From Lama glama (taxonomy: Eukaryota), in assembly GCA_028534125.1 (NCBI GenBank), contig CM052816.1, positions 79,796,001 to 79,860,000 on the forward strand: DNA of 64,000 bases, written 5' to 3'. Numbering within the stretch: the first letter of the stretch is position 1; each line of letters opens with the position of its first letter. Below, one piece after another: positions 63,222 to 64,000 of the stretch. Under the pieces are notes generated by a model. It had not been told where the DNA came from. It did no database searches and worked only from the letters and a program-made list of their open reading frames with translations. The translations under genes were made by a program, and so were the position numbers.

Positions 63222-64000
63222 TTAGCAACAAGAGGGAAGGCTGAATAAATGAGAATTCCAAAGAACTCCTTACTCTGAAACAGCCAAAAGATCATTATTG
63301 CACATTTTAATTGTGGCCAAGCCACAATCAAAACATTTTAAGAAAAATAACAATATGAAAAGACTTAGTCATCTTTCACAGGCTGCTGATTAAAAAGCTA
63401 TGACTGCAACCTCTAATACAACACAGGCGTTACACAGGACTAGGCCGCACGGAGAGGGAAGTTTCATCAGCCAGGGAACTGCCCCGACTCTCCCAGAAAG
63501 GAGCTGCACTTTCACAGGGAAGAAACTACTGAGTGGGACAGCAGTGAACGTCATCTAGTCCACAGACCAGTTACACATTTGAGATCTGAAAATTTACCAA
63601 CATGTACCACGATAAAGAAAGGCAGGGAAAATTTTCAAAGTTTCCAAAGGAAGGCAAAAGCATTTCTAAGGCCAGATCTCCAAATTTCTTAGGAGGAGAA
63701 AAACTGAGGATTCTCTGATTTTCATGTAAAAGACAATTTAATAAGAATCTTCTTTACAGCCTCTCTCTCTCGTCGGCCAGCCATACTGTAGACTAACACG
63801 CAGAAGATGCGCATGGTTGATCTGAACACCCACCTGCTCCTTGTAACAGCAGGATCTCACACAGTTATGTCAGGGCTTAAAGCCTATTCCTTTGTAGCAA
63901 AAGTTCATCAAGAATCTGGAAACTCAGAACTCCAAATGTAGAAATGTTTGTGTCGAAATGTATTAAACGATCAGGTCATTATTAGTTAAAGTATCTGTCA

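Overview
Mammalian genomic DNA, probably a camelid (inferred from tRNA-Ala-derived vic-1-like SINEs). The window holds two intact, convergent protein-coding genes. AGXT2 is on the + strand (coding exons 3-14, 735-27121, stop TAA; exons 1-2 lie upstream of the window). DNAJC21 is on the - strand (coding exons 3-12, 63207-48439, stop TAG; exons 1-2 lie beyond the window end). All their exons have GT-AG boundaries, matched phases and open frames. The main unexpected result is in the apparently intergenic 17 kb between them (about 30.5-47.9 kb). It carries a minus-strand chain of about 32 exon-like segments with polypyrimidine/AG acceptors, GT donors and almost completely self-consistent splice phases. 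The chain also contains in-frame stops, several decayed splice sites and one L1 inserted into an exon. I read it as the fossil of a large multi-exon gene (roughly 1,400 codons) that I cannot assign to a known family: a candidate unannotated unitary pseudogene. The remainder is transposon debris (L1, L2, MIR, MaLR/ERV LTRs, hAT), simple repeats and a few candidate regulatory motifs. All calls are by eye; repeat family names and human comparisons are from memory, not from searches.
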